A DNA stretch of 64,000 nt from NCBI GenBank assembly GCA_964016885.1, contig OZ024740.1, positions 330,522,001 through 330,586,000 of the forward strand, in the 5' to 3' direction. Every line of letters begins with the position of its first letter. Within the stretch, counting starts at the first letter, position 1. Made by a program: the position numbers and the translations under genes. This stretch comes from Eledone cirrhosa. Taxonomy: Eukaryota. Below, piece by piece: positions 1-12,067 of this stretch. The notes beneath the pieces are model-generated. The model saw nothing but the letters and a program-made list of their open reading frames with translations. It did not search any database and had not been told where the DNA came from.

Positions 1-694
1 GCTTCATTTATATATTATCATAGAAATGTGTTTGTTGCTTTTACAAATTTGCTTGCAGACAAGAGCCACTACCAATCCGTGGTCATACATGTTTTCTCAC
101 TTGTTTCCATCTAATATTATGGACACACCCAAAAGAATATTCAGTTTGATGTTACGAGTTTAGTTTTAGAAGCTGCATAGTATTTAAAACCTTCAAACAA
201 TACCTCAATGAGAATTCAATGCTGCTCGGAAAATTCAAGTCACATATTTTAAAAATACAAGTGTATTCGAAACGTGAGCTTCGACACTTTTTTATGAAAC
301 AAGATATCTTCATCACAAAACTGTATACGTATTCATTTCCCAAAGTCCCACCACTATAATCACCTACTCATAAATGCCATTAAATACGTAATAACCCCGA
401 AGACAAATACGTCGGTAACGAACATTCACGCATATATATTATCCGAATCAATAATATGTTGTAATGCTCCCACCTAGATAATACGGAACTGCTTTTATCA
501 GTTATGAGTGGGGCTAATCAGAATTCGTTTTCTAATGCCTGTCATAAAACGGCAAATTCTATATACATGCATTAATTCATATATTTACAAATGTTTCGTC
601 AACGTACTATAGAAGAATATTCCCCATATATACACTACCATATTTATATATATATATATACATATATATACGTACAGACACATACGCGCGCGCG

Positions 695-754
<60 letters not shown>

Positions 755-1293
755 AATAAGCGTGCGTATGTATGTAAATCATATGTGGTTGTGTGTTTAT
801 ACCTTTTTATAAACAATTAAAATATATTTCTAGGCTGATACAAAAAAAAATATATATATATATAACGCTGTAGCGATATATATCTCTTGGTTAAATGATT
901 GCTTCGATAATTAATAAAATTGAATTTGTATAAATATATCGTTCGAGATTTTCTTCTCACCGTTATTAAAGATATTAATCGCTACAAATAGGCAATTTGT
1001 CATTCTGAACAAGATATAGAAAACTAAAGTAACACCTCTCATAGAAATGATTAATTATAAGAGAAAATATGATATACGAGACTTAGAAAAATAGCATCAT
1101 TTTCAACAACATATTATGTGAAATGCGTTAAATTGAATCTGTGAAGAGATATGTCCTTTAGCAAATTTTGCGAAAGATGACACAACTGAGAACAATATGT
1201 TGGGTGGAAAACATTTCAAAAATAGTTATTTAAATAAAATTAATATCGCCCAATAGAATTCCAGCGACTAAAAATCTGATTAGATAATAGGTT

Positions 1294-1342
<49 letters not shown>

Positions 1343-1425
1343 ATATATATATATATATATGGAGGAGGTTATAGTTCACTTGAAGCATTGTGTAATGAGG
1401 TATAAACGTTAGAACATTCTCCAGC

Positions 1426-2262
1426 ATGGACGCCAGTATAAAGTTCAGCATAGAACACCCCGATGACCGCGGATCCCTATCCCTGCTGGACTTCCAACTC
1501 AGGGTAACAGAGGAAGGCAACATCCACACCTGCTTCTATAAAAAATCCGCCAGCAGGGACCTGTTCGTACATTTCAGATCGGCCCTCCCACTCGGTGCCA
1601 AGTTCGGATACATAAAGAACGAACTGGCACGTATCAAGAACAAATGCACCGACGCCAGAGACCGAGACACACACACCACACATTTCCTGGAAGTACTCAA
1701 ACTGAACGGATACACGACATCCACCACAAACCGTGCCAGAAAGAACAGAGGACACCACACCCGAGGCACTAACACTTGCTTCCTGAATCTCCCACACTTC
1801 AGTGAAGAAACAACAACAGCCATCCGCAGAGCCATCAGACGAGAAGGTCTGGATATTCAACTGGCCCATTCGGGTCCTTCTTTGCGTGGACGGCTAGCTA
1901 AGAGACACTCCACCAGACATGACAACTGCTGCAGACTAGCCAACTGCCCCATCAACGACACAGACCTATGCCACCAGGCTTACGTAGTTTACAGACTAGA
2001 GTGTGACAAATGCAACAACTTCTACGTAGGTAGCACCACCAGACCACTCCACATAAGAATAAAAGAACACCTCAATACTAACGCTTCCTCATTTAAGAAA
2101 CACCTAGTTAAATGCAAAAACACTGATAAAAACATAACAGTTAGGATAGAAACTAAAGAAAGAAACCTCGGTAATCTTAGAATCAAGGAAGCACTCATTA
2201 TAGATAGAACACATCCACCAATCAATAATAGACTAGAGCTCAACACCCAATTTATAACCTGA
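1426..2262 (+). CDS. PLE RT thumb plus GIY-YIG endonuclease (C-terminal fragment)
   Basis: IKFSIE...LSLLDF...YKK...HFRSALP (RT C-terminus), then VVYRLEC..C..FYVGST.R.L..R..EH, KEALII and INNRLE (GIY-YIG motifs). Confidence 0.9.
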   Translation: MDASIKFSIEHPDDRGSLSLLDFQLRVTEEGNIHTCFYKKSASRDLFVHFRSALPLGAKFGYIKNELARIKNKCTDARDRDTHTTHFLEVLKLNGYTTSTTNRARKNRGHHTRGTNTCFLNLPHFSEETTTAIRRAIRREGLDIQLAHSGPSLRGRLAKRHSTRHDNCCRLANCPINDTDLCHQAYVVYRLECDKCNNFYVGSTTRPLHIRIKEHLNTNASSFKKHLVKCKNTDKNITVRIETKERNLGNLRIKEALIIDRTHPPINNRLELNTQFIT

Positions 2263-2636
2263 TAGGGCCTCTAGCCCCACTTTACACACCCCACACACAC
2301 GCACGCACACACCTCCACTTATTCTCTCTCACACATACACACACAAAACCAGTTCTAACACCAGATAACACCTACCCCCCACTTTTACGATTAGACCTAT
2401 CTTCCCACACTCACACACACACATACCTACACCTTCATGCTTTCTCCCACACACATATACAGGCACGCATATAAAATTTAAAAAACACAACAAAAACATA
2501 AACAAACCCCTCTTAAAGGGAGACTACTCTTTACCCACCTAATTTTAATTCTTTGATATTAAAGTTAGAACTCTATACTATTTCCGGTCAGCATGGCTTC
2601 ATTGGAAATTTAAGACGCTGGTCTGAGACTTTTACT

Positions 2637-2674
2637 TCCCTCCGAAGAAGAGATATTATCTCGAAAATTAAGGA
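2637..2674 (+). ncRNA. Minimal type I hammerhead-like motif, U4C core variant
   Basis: CCT-CCGAAGA-A-GAGAT(ATT)ATCTC-GAAA-AT-TA-AGG. Same core at 53084-53121 (+) and 50298-50335 (-). Confidence 0.65.
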
Positions 2675-2849
2675 CATTTAAATAAATTCAAGGTGAAAGA
2701 CGAATTCTCATCAATATCTCTCACTATTGCATTCTTTTTCTATGTCCATATCTGCATTGTCTTGGCCTTATTACACATATTCTAACGTTTATATATATAT
2801 ATATATATATATATACGTATATATATATACGTATATATATATATATAAT

Positions 2850-3818
2850 TAGATAATTTGTATTCCAATGTTACTAAGTAGTTGTATTGGATGGAGTCAA
2901 CTGACGTCAGAGATTGCTCAACGTATAATAAAGTGTGTTTTAAAATCCGGAGAAAATATGGAGAAAAAATTTACGAAATGGAAATGCGGGTATATAGAAT
3001 TTATTAGGTAACAATTGTTTCTATAGTCTATGAGATACCTATACCTCGCTATTTGAATAATGTAGAAATATTATCAAAAACCGAAAGTACACTGTAAGCC
3101 AACACACCATGTCATCAGACCTTTATATTAGAATGATATGAAAATATTTTATACACTAGATAAATGATAAAGAAGGAGGTAGGAAGAGAATGGGAAGAGG
3201 GAAGTGAGTAAGGTGGAGGAAGTCTTAGGGTTTAAGACTGTCAGAGTAGTAGAGACTGTGAAGAGAGAATGTTTTGGCAGCAGTTAGCTTAATGAGGCGT
3301 GCTAAGGTTGGCTGGGAAGTAGATACTTCTAGTGGTGTTGTTCGGACAAAATTTAGTTAGAGGGGTCAAAGTGGTACAATGTCACAGACAAGTTATTAGG
3401 CTATTATAGTAGCAGGTTATTTCTAAAGGGGTCCAGAAAAACAGTGTTTAGTACTATTATTATAGAAAGTCATATCTAGTGTATAAACATATAAGACAGA
3501 AATTTGCAAACGTTGGTGCAAAAAGGTAACATTATATGCATTTAAAAAAAGAAAAAGTCGTTTTCAAACGATGGTTACAGGATAGAGAACGTTCAATTTT
3601 GCTGTTCAAAAGTTTGTTTACCGACGTTAAAATGCAGTATATCTCTAAATTGCATAACTTGCAGAATCGATGATTTTGCTGATATGCAGGCGCAGCTGCA
3701 ATAATTTGCCAATCAAGGGAGAACGCTTGATTGTTCCTACGAAGCTGCCAGGCTTTATCGGCGAGGGTTGTTACGGAGCGCATTTTCTCGTGCCTGATCG
3801 AAGATCGATGTTTTCTCC

Positions 3819-3820
<2 letters not shown>
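2850..3820 (-). mobile_element. 3' fragment of Naiad-like PLE (GIY-YIG C-terminus plus pLTR)
   Basis: Frame 3819->3532 reads WRKHRSS...TTLADKAWQL...W.II..APAY...CKLCNLE.YCI...LLNSKIE...CNHR, a PLE endonuclease tail with CxxC and CxH. HHR downstream; (TA)n flanks. Confidence 0.8.
3006..3122 (-). ncRNA. Type I hammerhead with 90-nt stem II domain
   Basis: Minus strand: AGGT-CTGATGA-[90 nt, base CATGGT/ACTATA]-GAAA-CAATTG-TT-ACCT. Confidence 0.7.
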
Positions 3821-3872
<52 letters not shown>

Positions 3873-4034
3873 AAAAAATTGAACAGGGACAGAACAGAGA
3901 GGCAGTACGACAAATGTTTAAAGAGGAATTCCAACTTTGTCTGATTTACTCGTTTTATTTACAATCCTTTAAAATATATATAATATGGTATCATAATGAA
4001 ATAGTATGATAGAATATTAAATTCTAAGTGTTAA

Positions 4035-4075
4035 TTGAACAAGTACTTTCATGCTTTCGCAATCTTCAGGTTCAA
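4035..4075 (-). ncRNA. Minimal type I hammerhead ribozyme (pLTR)
   Basis: TTGAAC-CTGAAGA-TTGC(GAAA)GCAT-GAAA-GTAC-TT-GTTCAA: canonical core, 6 bp stem I, palindromic loop III. Confidence 0.9.
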
Positions 4076-4367
4076 GATATGTGGTGACAGTCGAGTTTGC
4101 AATTTTCAACTGTAATGAGATGGGTAAATTTACTACCTTTTATACATTTTATACAGAGAAAAGTGGCTCCAGAATGCAAAGCCCTGTAAAATGTATTTCG
4201 ACAAATCAGTGTGTAGTTTCACTGAATTACTACAGCTGATTGGTTTAAGAGTCATGGCTGGTTGAGCATGCTAACGACTAATAGTCATACCCAACGTTTC
4301 AATTGTTTTGCTTTTTGAAATGATGAAAATAGCATTTTCTATTAATCATCACCATCAACATCACTTT

Positions 4368-4386
4368 TATTATTATTATTATTATT

Positions 4387-4458
<72 letters not shown>

Positions 4459-4498
4459 GGTGGTGGTGGTGGTGTTGTTGTTGTTGTTGTTATTGTTA
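4368..4498. repeat. Compound (TAT)n(TGT)n(TGG)n microsatellite within the PLE 3' UTR
   Basis: Direct reading. Confidence 0.95.
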
Positions 4499-4544
4499 GT
4501 GGTCGTGGTCATAGTGGTAGTAGAAGTAATACCCCTAGGCGTTA

Positions 4545-6409
4545 TTATTGTTCATTTAGCTTGGGTTTGAATTTATCAATAAAATTATTTTCTTTGATTT
4601 TTCTCTTGATTTCACTTGGGCTGTGTAATTTGTAGAATGGGAATATTATAAATATTCCCTGACCACATGTTGCCAGGTGGCCGCTTAGGGGTATCTGATG
4701 GACATTTGGGTCTCTGATTTGTTGACGGTGTACCCGTGCACGTTCCGATAGTGCATTTCCAGTTTGACCGACATATAGTTCTTCACAATTCGGGCATTTA
4801 ATGCAGTAAATTAGATTTCTGCTTTTGCAGTTCATATTTGCATTTGGGAATATTTTTCCAGTTTTTGTTTTCATATATTGACCGGCGTGTATGGATTGAC
4901 ATGTGCCGCATCGATTATCATTGCATTTAGATACAGTGAATGATTGGTCTTTGTTGTTAAGGTCAAACTTTGCTTTTGTTAGCAATTGCTTCAAATTTTT
5001 TGGCTGTCTTTTACTAAGAGTCAAAGATCGATCTGTGATTAAGCCTTTTAATTCATTACTTTGAGCAATGATCGGTATGTTTTCTTTGGCAGTGTTGAAT
5101 ATATTCTGGTGACATGGGTTGTGTGTCATTATAAATGGTATGACCAGTTCTTGGTTTCTTCTTCCTTGGGTAGTTCTAAGTTGTTGTATAGGTATTTTTA
5201 TAGCCCGCTGTATGCCATTTTCTATAAGTAGAGATGGGTATTTTTGTTTGAGCAAAAATTCTCTTAGTTCTGTTAGGCGTTTGTACCTGGTATTCGTATC
5301 TTCTACAATGGTACACATTCTTCTGGCTAGGCAGTATGGGATGTTGCGTTTTGTATGAGGTGGATGGCACGACTTAAAATTCAGATATTGATGGGTGTCT
5401 GTGTGTTTATAATATATATCCGTGGTAATGGTGGTGTCGTTTTTGATTATCATTATATCTAGGAATGGTAATTTGGTCCTACTCATCTCTTTTGTGAATT
5501 GGAGAGATGGGTGTAGGTTATTCAGGAGGATATTGAACTCATCCAGAGTATCTAGAGATTCTGTCCAGATGATGAAACAGTCGTCAAGGTATCTCTTCCA
5601 AGATTTTTCAATGTACTTTCTAAAGTCAGTACTATATTTTTCCTCTATTTCTTGGTAGATTTGTTGTTCTAAGTATCCCATTACAGAGTTCGCGTAAACG
5701 GGAGCAAACTTCGTTCCCATCGCTGTGCCTCTAATTTGGATGTAATTCTTTCCATTGAAGAAGAAGGTGTTGTTTTCCAGAATAAGTTTAACTGCGTCTA
5801 ATATAAATGGCGCTGTGAATCTAATGGGAATCACTTCTCTATGTTTTTCCACCCAGTATTTAACCGCCTTTATTCCTAAATCATGTGTAATGTTGGTGTA
5901 AAGGCTTACCACATCAACACTGAGTAGAAGTGAATTCGTTTCCGTGGTTTTGGGAAGATGGGACAGGAAGTCGATATCATCCCGGATGAAACTGGGTATG
6001 TGAATACATAGTGGTTTCAAAATAATGTCAACAAAATTGCTTGGACGGTGGTGGGGCATGTTGGACCAGCTATAATAGGTCTAAGTTTTAAGTCTTTTGG
6101 GTGTAATAATTTAATGTACTCACTGTTTTGTTCTCTTACTGCCAGTTGTATTTCTTTTGACTTGTGAACTTTCGGTAGGCCATACAGGTTGCTGGGTTTC
6201 GGCTCAAAATTGGTGATGTAGTCTCTTTCCTTATCAGTAAATGAGTTGTGGTATTTTGAAGCCAGGTTGTTGATCTTCTTCATGATGTTGTGGTCTATAT
6301 TTGACGGTATTTCATGATAGAATGTTGTGTCTTTCAGTTGTTCCTCAACCAAATCCTTGTAGTATTCAGTATCCATTATAACAACTGCACCCCCTTTATC
6401 TGCTTGTTT
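4545..6409 (-). pseudogene. PLE reverse transcriptase-GIY-YIG polyprotein with one frameshift near 6058, N-terminally truncated
   Basis: ADKG, YGLPKVHK, LRPII, DVVSLYTNI, GTAMG..AP.YAN, RYLDD, FLD, HPPH, CNDNRCGTC Zn linker, LIYCIKC/YVGQT. ORFs 6017-6469 and 4545-6059 overlap in different frames. Confidence 0.95.
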
Positions 6410-6701
6410 AAAGTGATGTTGATGGTGATGATTAATAGAAAATGCTATTTTCATCATTTCAAAAAGCAAAACAATTGAAACGTTCGGTATGACTGTTGGT
6501 CATTAGCATGCTCAACCAGCCGTGACGCTTAAACCAATCAGCTGTAGTAATTCAGTGAAACTACACACTGATTGGTCGAAATACAGTTTACAGGGCTTTG
6601 CATTCTGGAGCCACTTTCGCTGTATAAAATGTATAAAAGGTAGTAAATTTACCCATCTCATTACAGTTGAAAATTGCAAACTCGACTGTCACCACATATC
6701 A

Positions 6702-6740
6702 TGAACCTGAAGATTGCGAAAGCATGAAAGTACTTGTTCA
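6702..6740 (+). ncRNA. Minimal type I hammerhead ribozyme (inverted pLTR copy)
   Basis: TGAAC-CTGAAGA-TTGC(GAAA)GCAT-GAAA-GTAC-TT-GTTCA. Confidence 0.9.
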
Positions 6741-6910
6741 ATTAACACTTAGAATTTAATATTCTATCATACTATTTCATTATAATACCATATTATATAT
6801 ATTTTAAAGGATTGTAAATAAAACGAGTAAATCAGACAAAGTTGGAATTCCTCTTATTAATATAATCTTCTATACACAATCATACACACCCGTGTATATT
6901 TACCTATCTA

Positions 6911-7350
<440 letters not shown>

Positions 7351-7399
7351 TTCAAAATATTAATAAACATAGACATTCATGCAATCAAATATATTTTAT

Positions 7400-7452
7400 T
7401 ATACATATTTAGGAGGTACTGTCCTGTTTCCTCAGTACGTCCTCATCAGAGA
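7400..7452 (-). ncRNA. Decayed hammerhead-like motif in a pLTR remnant
   Basis: CTGATGA-GGACGTACTG...CAGTACCTCC-TAAA: long stem II but GAAA reads TAAA. Confidence 0.4.
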
Positions 7453-7530
7453 AAATATATAAATTGATGTATGACATGCCTCAACTGTGCTGATGCTCAA
7501 TTCCAGTCTTGTAATTGAGCATCAGCTCTC

Positions 7531-7563
<33 letters not shown>

Positions 7564-7589
7564 ATACATATTAAAATAACAGATTAAAC

Positions 7590-8018
7590 ATATTAACACC
7601 TGAGAAGCCTAATTTGCATATCGAGTGAGTTAGTCGGCCAGACGTACCGAAAACGATAATTGAAAAAAAATGAAATTTCATTTCTCTCTCTTAGTACGGC
7701 TGATACTTAAATATAAGTATGTATACGTACATACATATATGTATACATACGTACAGTAGTATGTATATACATACATACATGCACACATATATATATGCAC
7801 GTATGGGTTTACCGAACATTTATTATAATGTTCGGTTTGTTTGTAAACACATATATGTATGTACGTATACATACTTATATTTAAGTATCAGCCGTACTAA
7901 GAGTGAGAAATGAAATTTCATTTAATAGATATTTGATCTACGGTTCTTATATATTTGATATATATTTATCCTTATCGAGCACCCTTTGGATTTTAGTCTT
8001 CAAATTTATTACTACTAC

Positions 8019-8115
<97 letters not shown>

Positions 8116-8763
8116 ATATATAAGTATGTATACGTACATACATATATGTATACAGACGTACAGTAGTATGTATATAGATACATACATACATGCACACATA
8201 TATGTATGTACGTATGGGTTTACCGAACATTTATTATAATGTTAGGTTTGTTTGTAAATAAACAGCTCGAATTAAGCCGTACAGTGTTCGGCAACCATCA
8301 TTGCCTCTTTGTTAAACATTATCAAAGAAACGATGAACTAGTTTCTAGCTTATTAGCTGTCATAGGCAACGTATACCTTCCTGTCAGTCGATTGAACGTT
8401 GAAAGTATATACTTTACTTATGCATATTAACGGCTGAGCAGCCTAATTTGCATATCGAATGAGTTAGTCAGCCGGGTGCACCGAAAACGATAAATGGAAA
8501 AAATTGAAATTTCATTTCTCTCTGTTAGTACGGCTGATACTTAAATATAAGTATGTATACGTACATACATATATGTATACATACGTACAGTAGTATGTAT
8601 ATACATACATACATGCACACATATATATATGTACGTATGGGTTTACCGAACATTTATTATAATGTTCGGTTTGTTTGTAAACACATATATGTATGTACGT
8701 ATAGAAACTTATATTTAAGTATCAGCCGTACTAAGAGTGAGAAATGAAATTTCATTTTTTTCC

Positions 8764-8765
<2 letters not shown>
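7590..8765. repeat. Duplicated ~330 bp unit with internal ~75 bp inverted arms (MITE-like, unclassified)
   Basis: Unit 1 arms 7668-7742/7849-7923; unit 2 arms ~8505-8576/8683-8760; partial third copy 8118-8255. Confidence 0.75.
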
Positions 8766-8794
<29 letters not shown>

Positions 8795-8848
8795 CTGAGA
8801 GATGGTACCACTAACTCAAGGATATACGTGGATATATTCATGTATATG

Positions 8849-8956
<108 letters not shown>

Positions 8957-9644
8957 TATGTATGTATATATATAAAAAAGAGAGTAAGAGAGAAAACAGG
9001 TGTATACCACCACTTATATATGTGTGTGTGTGTATGTGGGTGCGTGTGCGTCTGTGTATGTGCGCGTGTGTGTGCGTATGTGCGTGTATATATGTGTCTG
9101 TACGTGTCTGTATGTGTGTAGTATATTTCTAAATAAACAACTTCTGTTTTGATAATTTATTTACAATATTTTGAAAACCTGAATTAATGCATCGTTTAAT
9201 TTGTTTTCTGACAGCGTTTCATGTGTAATGATATTGATCTTCTTAACACGAGTAGAAATAACTAATCTGTACACAAGAAAAATGTTATTTTCACAGATTC
9301 ATAATACGCGATCAGTTTTGCATCGTATGACAATATTGTTTTCCTTTAACTTTTCCCCGTCGAATTTGTTTCTCTTTCTTTGGTTTATTAAAGACTATGG
9401 TAATGTACTAGTTATGTACAAACATTCTTGAAAGTATGATTGCATCAAACGCATTAGTATGTACTAATCTGTAATATATCATAGATATCAGTTTCTGGCA
9501 CTGCTCATAAATATCTTTCGGAGAATTATTGAAATATAGAGTGCCACATAGTTCTCTGTGAGTGATATGTCATAGAAACCGCAAGCATAGATCTTAGGAG
9601 ATATATATGTCAGTTATAATACAATTATAATGGCGCAAACTTTA

Positions 9645-9750
9645 GTGGTTAGGGTGTTCGATTCATCATAGTCAGGCATTCGGCAACCGTTGGGGCATTG
9701 TCTCTTTGTACAAGACATTTAATTTTAGGTTGCTACAGTTCACTCAAATG
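9645..9750 (+). mobile_element. Degenerate tRNA-derived SINE
   Basis: tagtggttagggtgttcgattc head and tgtctctttgtacaagacatttaatttt body, similar to 25133-25245. Confidence 0.5.
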
Positions 9751-10996
9751 GAATCAAATAGATCGTACCAGTAATAAAAAGTCATCATTTTTCAAAGCTG
9801 TACCATGATGAACATATAATTTTTGAATACTCAGCCATTTGTTCATGTTAATCACGCAAGCATAATATTTCGTTGTATGAATCCTTGGAACAATCGCCGT
9901 CGAAATTATCAGTTATCCAAACGATATCAAAATTATTTTTGTCGTATCGCACATAATAATTAAAAACATGTAAATAGTTTCTCCTTGGATATAATAGTTA
10001 TTCAAGATGCCATGATCACAACAACTATAGGTTTTACAGTCAATGTATCGTAAAGAGTCTCTACAGTTTTGATTTAAATAATATTTTGAACGTAGCGCTT
10101 CATGCTAATGCATTTCTGTACGTGTACCACGAAACATTAACTAACGTATGGAGGCCAAGCAGCGAAAATAACACCTTTGCCATTTTTGCAGCCTCGTCAA
10201 AGCTGCTGAATTGAAAATGTGGTTGCACAATTAATCATATGTAGTCTGCAGATCGAAACATCACCTGAATGTTTAAAACACACGTAGTATATTATCAGAC
10301 AGATAATTATTTTCTTAATATTATTCTTTTTATAAATACAGCTCCCAACTGTAAATGATTCCACACCACATATTGACATTATTTTACACTGATGTATAAT
10401 ATGGATTTCTAAGCAATATTGGACTATATAGTTAACTGAATTTAATCCTGTAAATTCAAAAGGTCTTCATAGTAATTAAATTGTTTTAGTTTGCAATTAA
10501 GTGAAAAACGTTTGATGAGAAGACATTTTGATATAAATCCGTTAGAAAACGCTGGAAAGTGTACTTTAATTAGCTAGGCCGATTGGCAACAGAGAAAGCT
10601 TCTGAAGATAAAATAGAAGTAAAAACCGTTGAACACTGAAAATAGGACAGTTCACACTATAATAATTTGATTAAGTTTGAATAGAAAAGCTACTCAGCTT
10701 TAATCAATAAACAATTATTGATCGTTATTTAGGAAGTTAAAGCATAGTTAAGACAAAACAAAACAAAAGGTACAAAATATATTGAATTGTAATTTAATAA
10801 AATTTGACTAGGGGCTGTTTTAATGAAGTGAAGGGCTAAACAATGTACACCATTTAGTTAGTGAATTTAAAGAATATTGAGATTGATTCAGTAAAAAAAT
10901 GTAATACACACATTCTCTTTATAACGATCTTTTATAATTGCAGGAATTTCAAATGTTATTAGAGAAACAGCCTTAACACTAGAACAGCAGCCGCTT

Positions 10997-11062
<66 letters not shown>

Positions 11063-11230
11063 GATGACGGTGATGATGAGGAGGGCGAGTAAGAGAATAT
11101 GAAAACCAACCAAAAGTTTCATCTTACCGAACTTTTAAATATTGAAATATATAGCAAAGAACAAATAAATCTGAATCAAAACTGTTATAATTCTGGCGTT
11201 GTTAATGTAATGAAAACATTTTGTAAAAAT

Positions 11231-11348
<118 letters not shown>

Positions 11349-11598
11349 GTATATATATATATAAAGAGTAAATACAATCTGTCAAAATGGGGTTCCGACA
11401 AATAGTTTTGGAGAACCGTTTTATGATGGAGTGCAGGGGTCAGAGGTCATCGTATCTCCTCATGCTTCAAAAATATGTATGGAATCAGCATCCTGGGCGA
11501 ATGTCGTGCTAGTTTCCACTTAGCAAGACCTTCTCATATTGGAAAGGGATTAGTTTCCAGCAAATAGCGGGTTCCATGAGTATATGTTAATATATATG

Positions 11599-11652
<54 letters not shown>

Positions 11653-11694
11653 AAAGAACACAAGAGCGTCTACAACATCAAACATTTTTTATTG

Positions 11695-11739
11695 GCTTAC
11701 AATGTTTCTTCCTTACGTAAACGTAGAATTCTTCAGAGC
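11695..11739 (-). ncRNA. Type I hammerhead ribozyme in a solo pLTR remnant
   Basis: GCT-CTGAAGA-ATTCTACG(TTTA)CGTAAGGAA-GAAA-CATTG-TA-AGC; GUA site; (TA)n on both sides. Confidence 0.75.
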
Positions 11740-11808
11740 TATAAAAGGGGTTTGATTGGTGTTATAGACTCTACCAACCAATTAACCTAAGTAACCCTAT
11801 TAACCTAA

Positions 11809-11866
<58 letters not shown>

Positions 11867-11875
11867 CAGATTAAA

Positions 11876-11924
11876 GTTTAAGCAAATAATCGCTGCTTTT
11901 ACCATTAACGGGATCTTCTGAAAC
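11876..11924 (-). ncRNA. Decayed hammerhead-like motif with CAGAAGA core (family also at 42629-42666 + and 46620-46668 -)
   Basis: Three-copy consensus GTTT-CAGAAGA-TCCC(GTTAA)GGGT-GAAA-GCA(GCGATTCTT)TGC-TT-AAAC. Confidence 0.5.
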
Positions 11925-12005
11925 TCATCATATATATATATATATATATATATATGATCTGTATGTACCTTTTTTGTATGTTTGACCATGTTATACTTCA
12001 CTTTT

Positions 12006-12061
<56 letters not shown>

Positions 12062-12067
<6 letters not shown>

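Larger units (their letters stand above)
1361..2792 (+). mobile_element. 5'-truncated Penelope-like element (Poseidon-like) with 3' pLTR and short inverted pLTR tail at the 5' end
   Basis: Contains ORF 1426-2262 and an HHR-bearing 3' UTR. 1400-1414 (tataaacgttagaa) is the reverse complement of the 3' end at ~2780-2793. (TA)n on both sides. Same family as 50143-53222. Confidence 0.9.
3921..6910 (-). mobile_element. Neptune-like PLE, 5'-truncated, flanked by ~445 bp inverted pLTRs
   Basis: 3921-4367 is a near-identical reverse complement of 6410-6855. RT/GIY-YIG ORF lies between them; each repeat carries an HHR. Confidence 0.95.

Noticed and set aside
4308-4570. Poly-Cys/Trp and poly-Leu/Val ORFs
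   Set aside because: Trinucleotide microsatellite in the PLE UTR.
6410-6469. N-terminus MLFEMMKIAFSINHHHQHHF as the true PLE start
   Set aside because: It derives from the inverted pLTR; the same peptide appears at 4308 (+).
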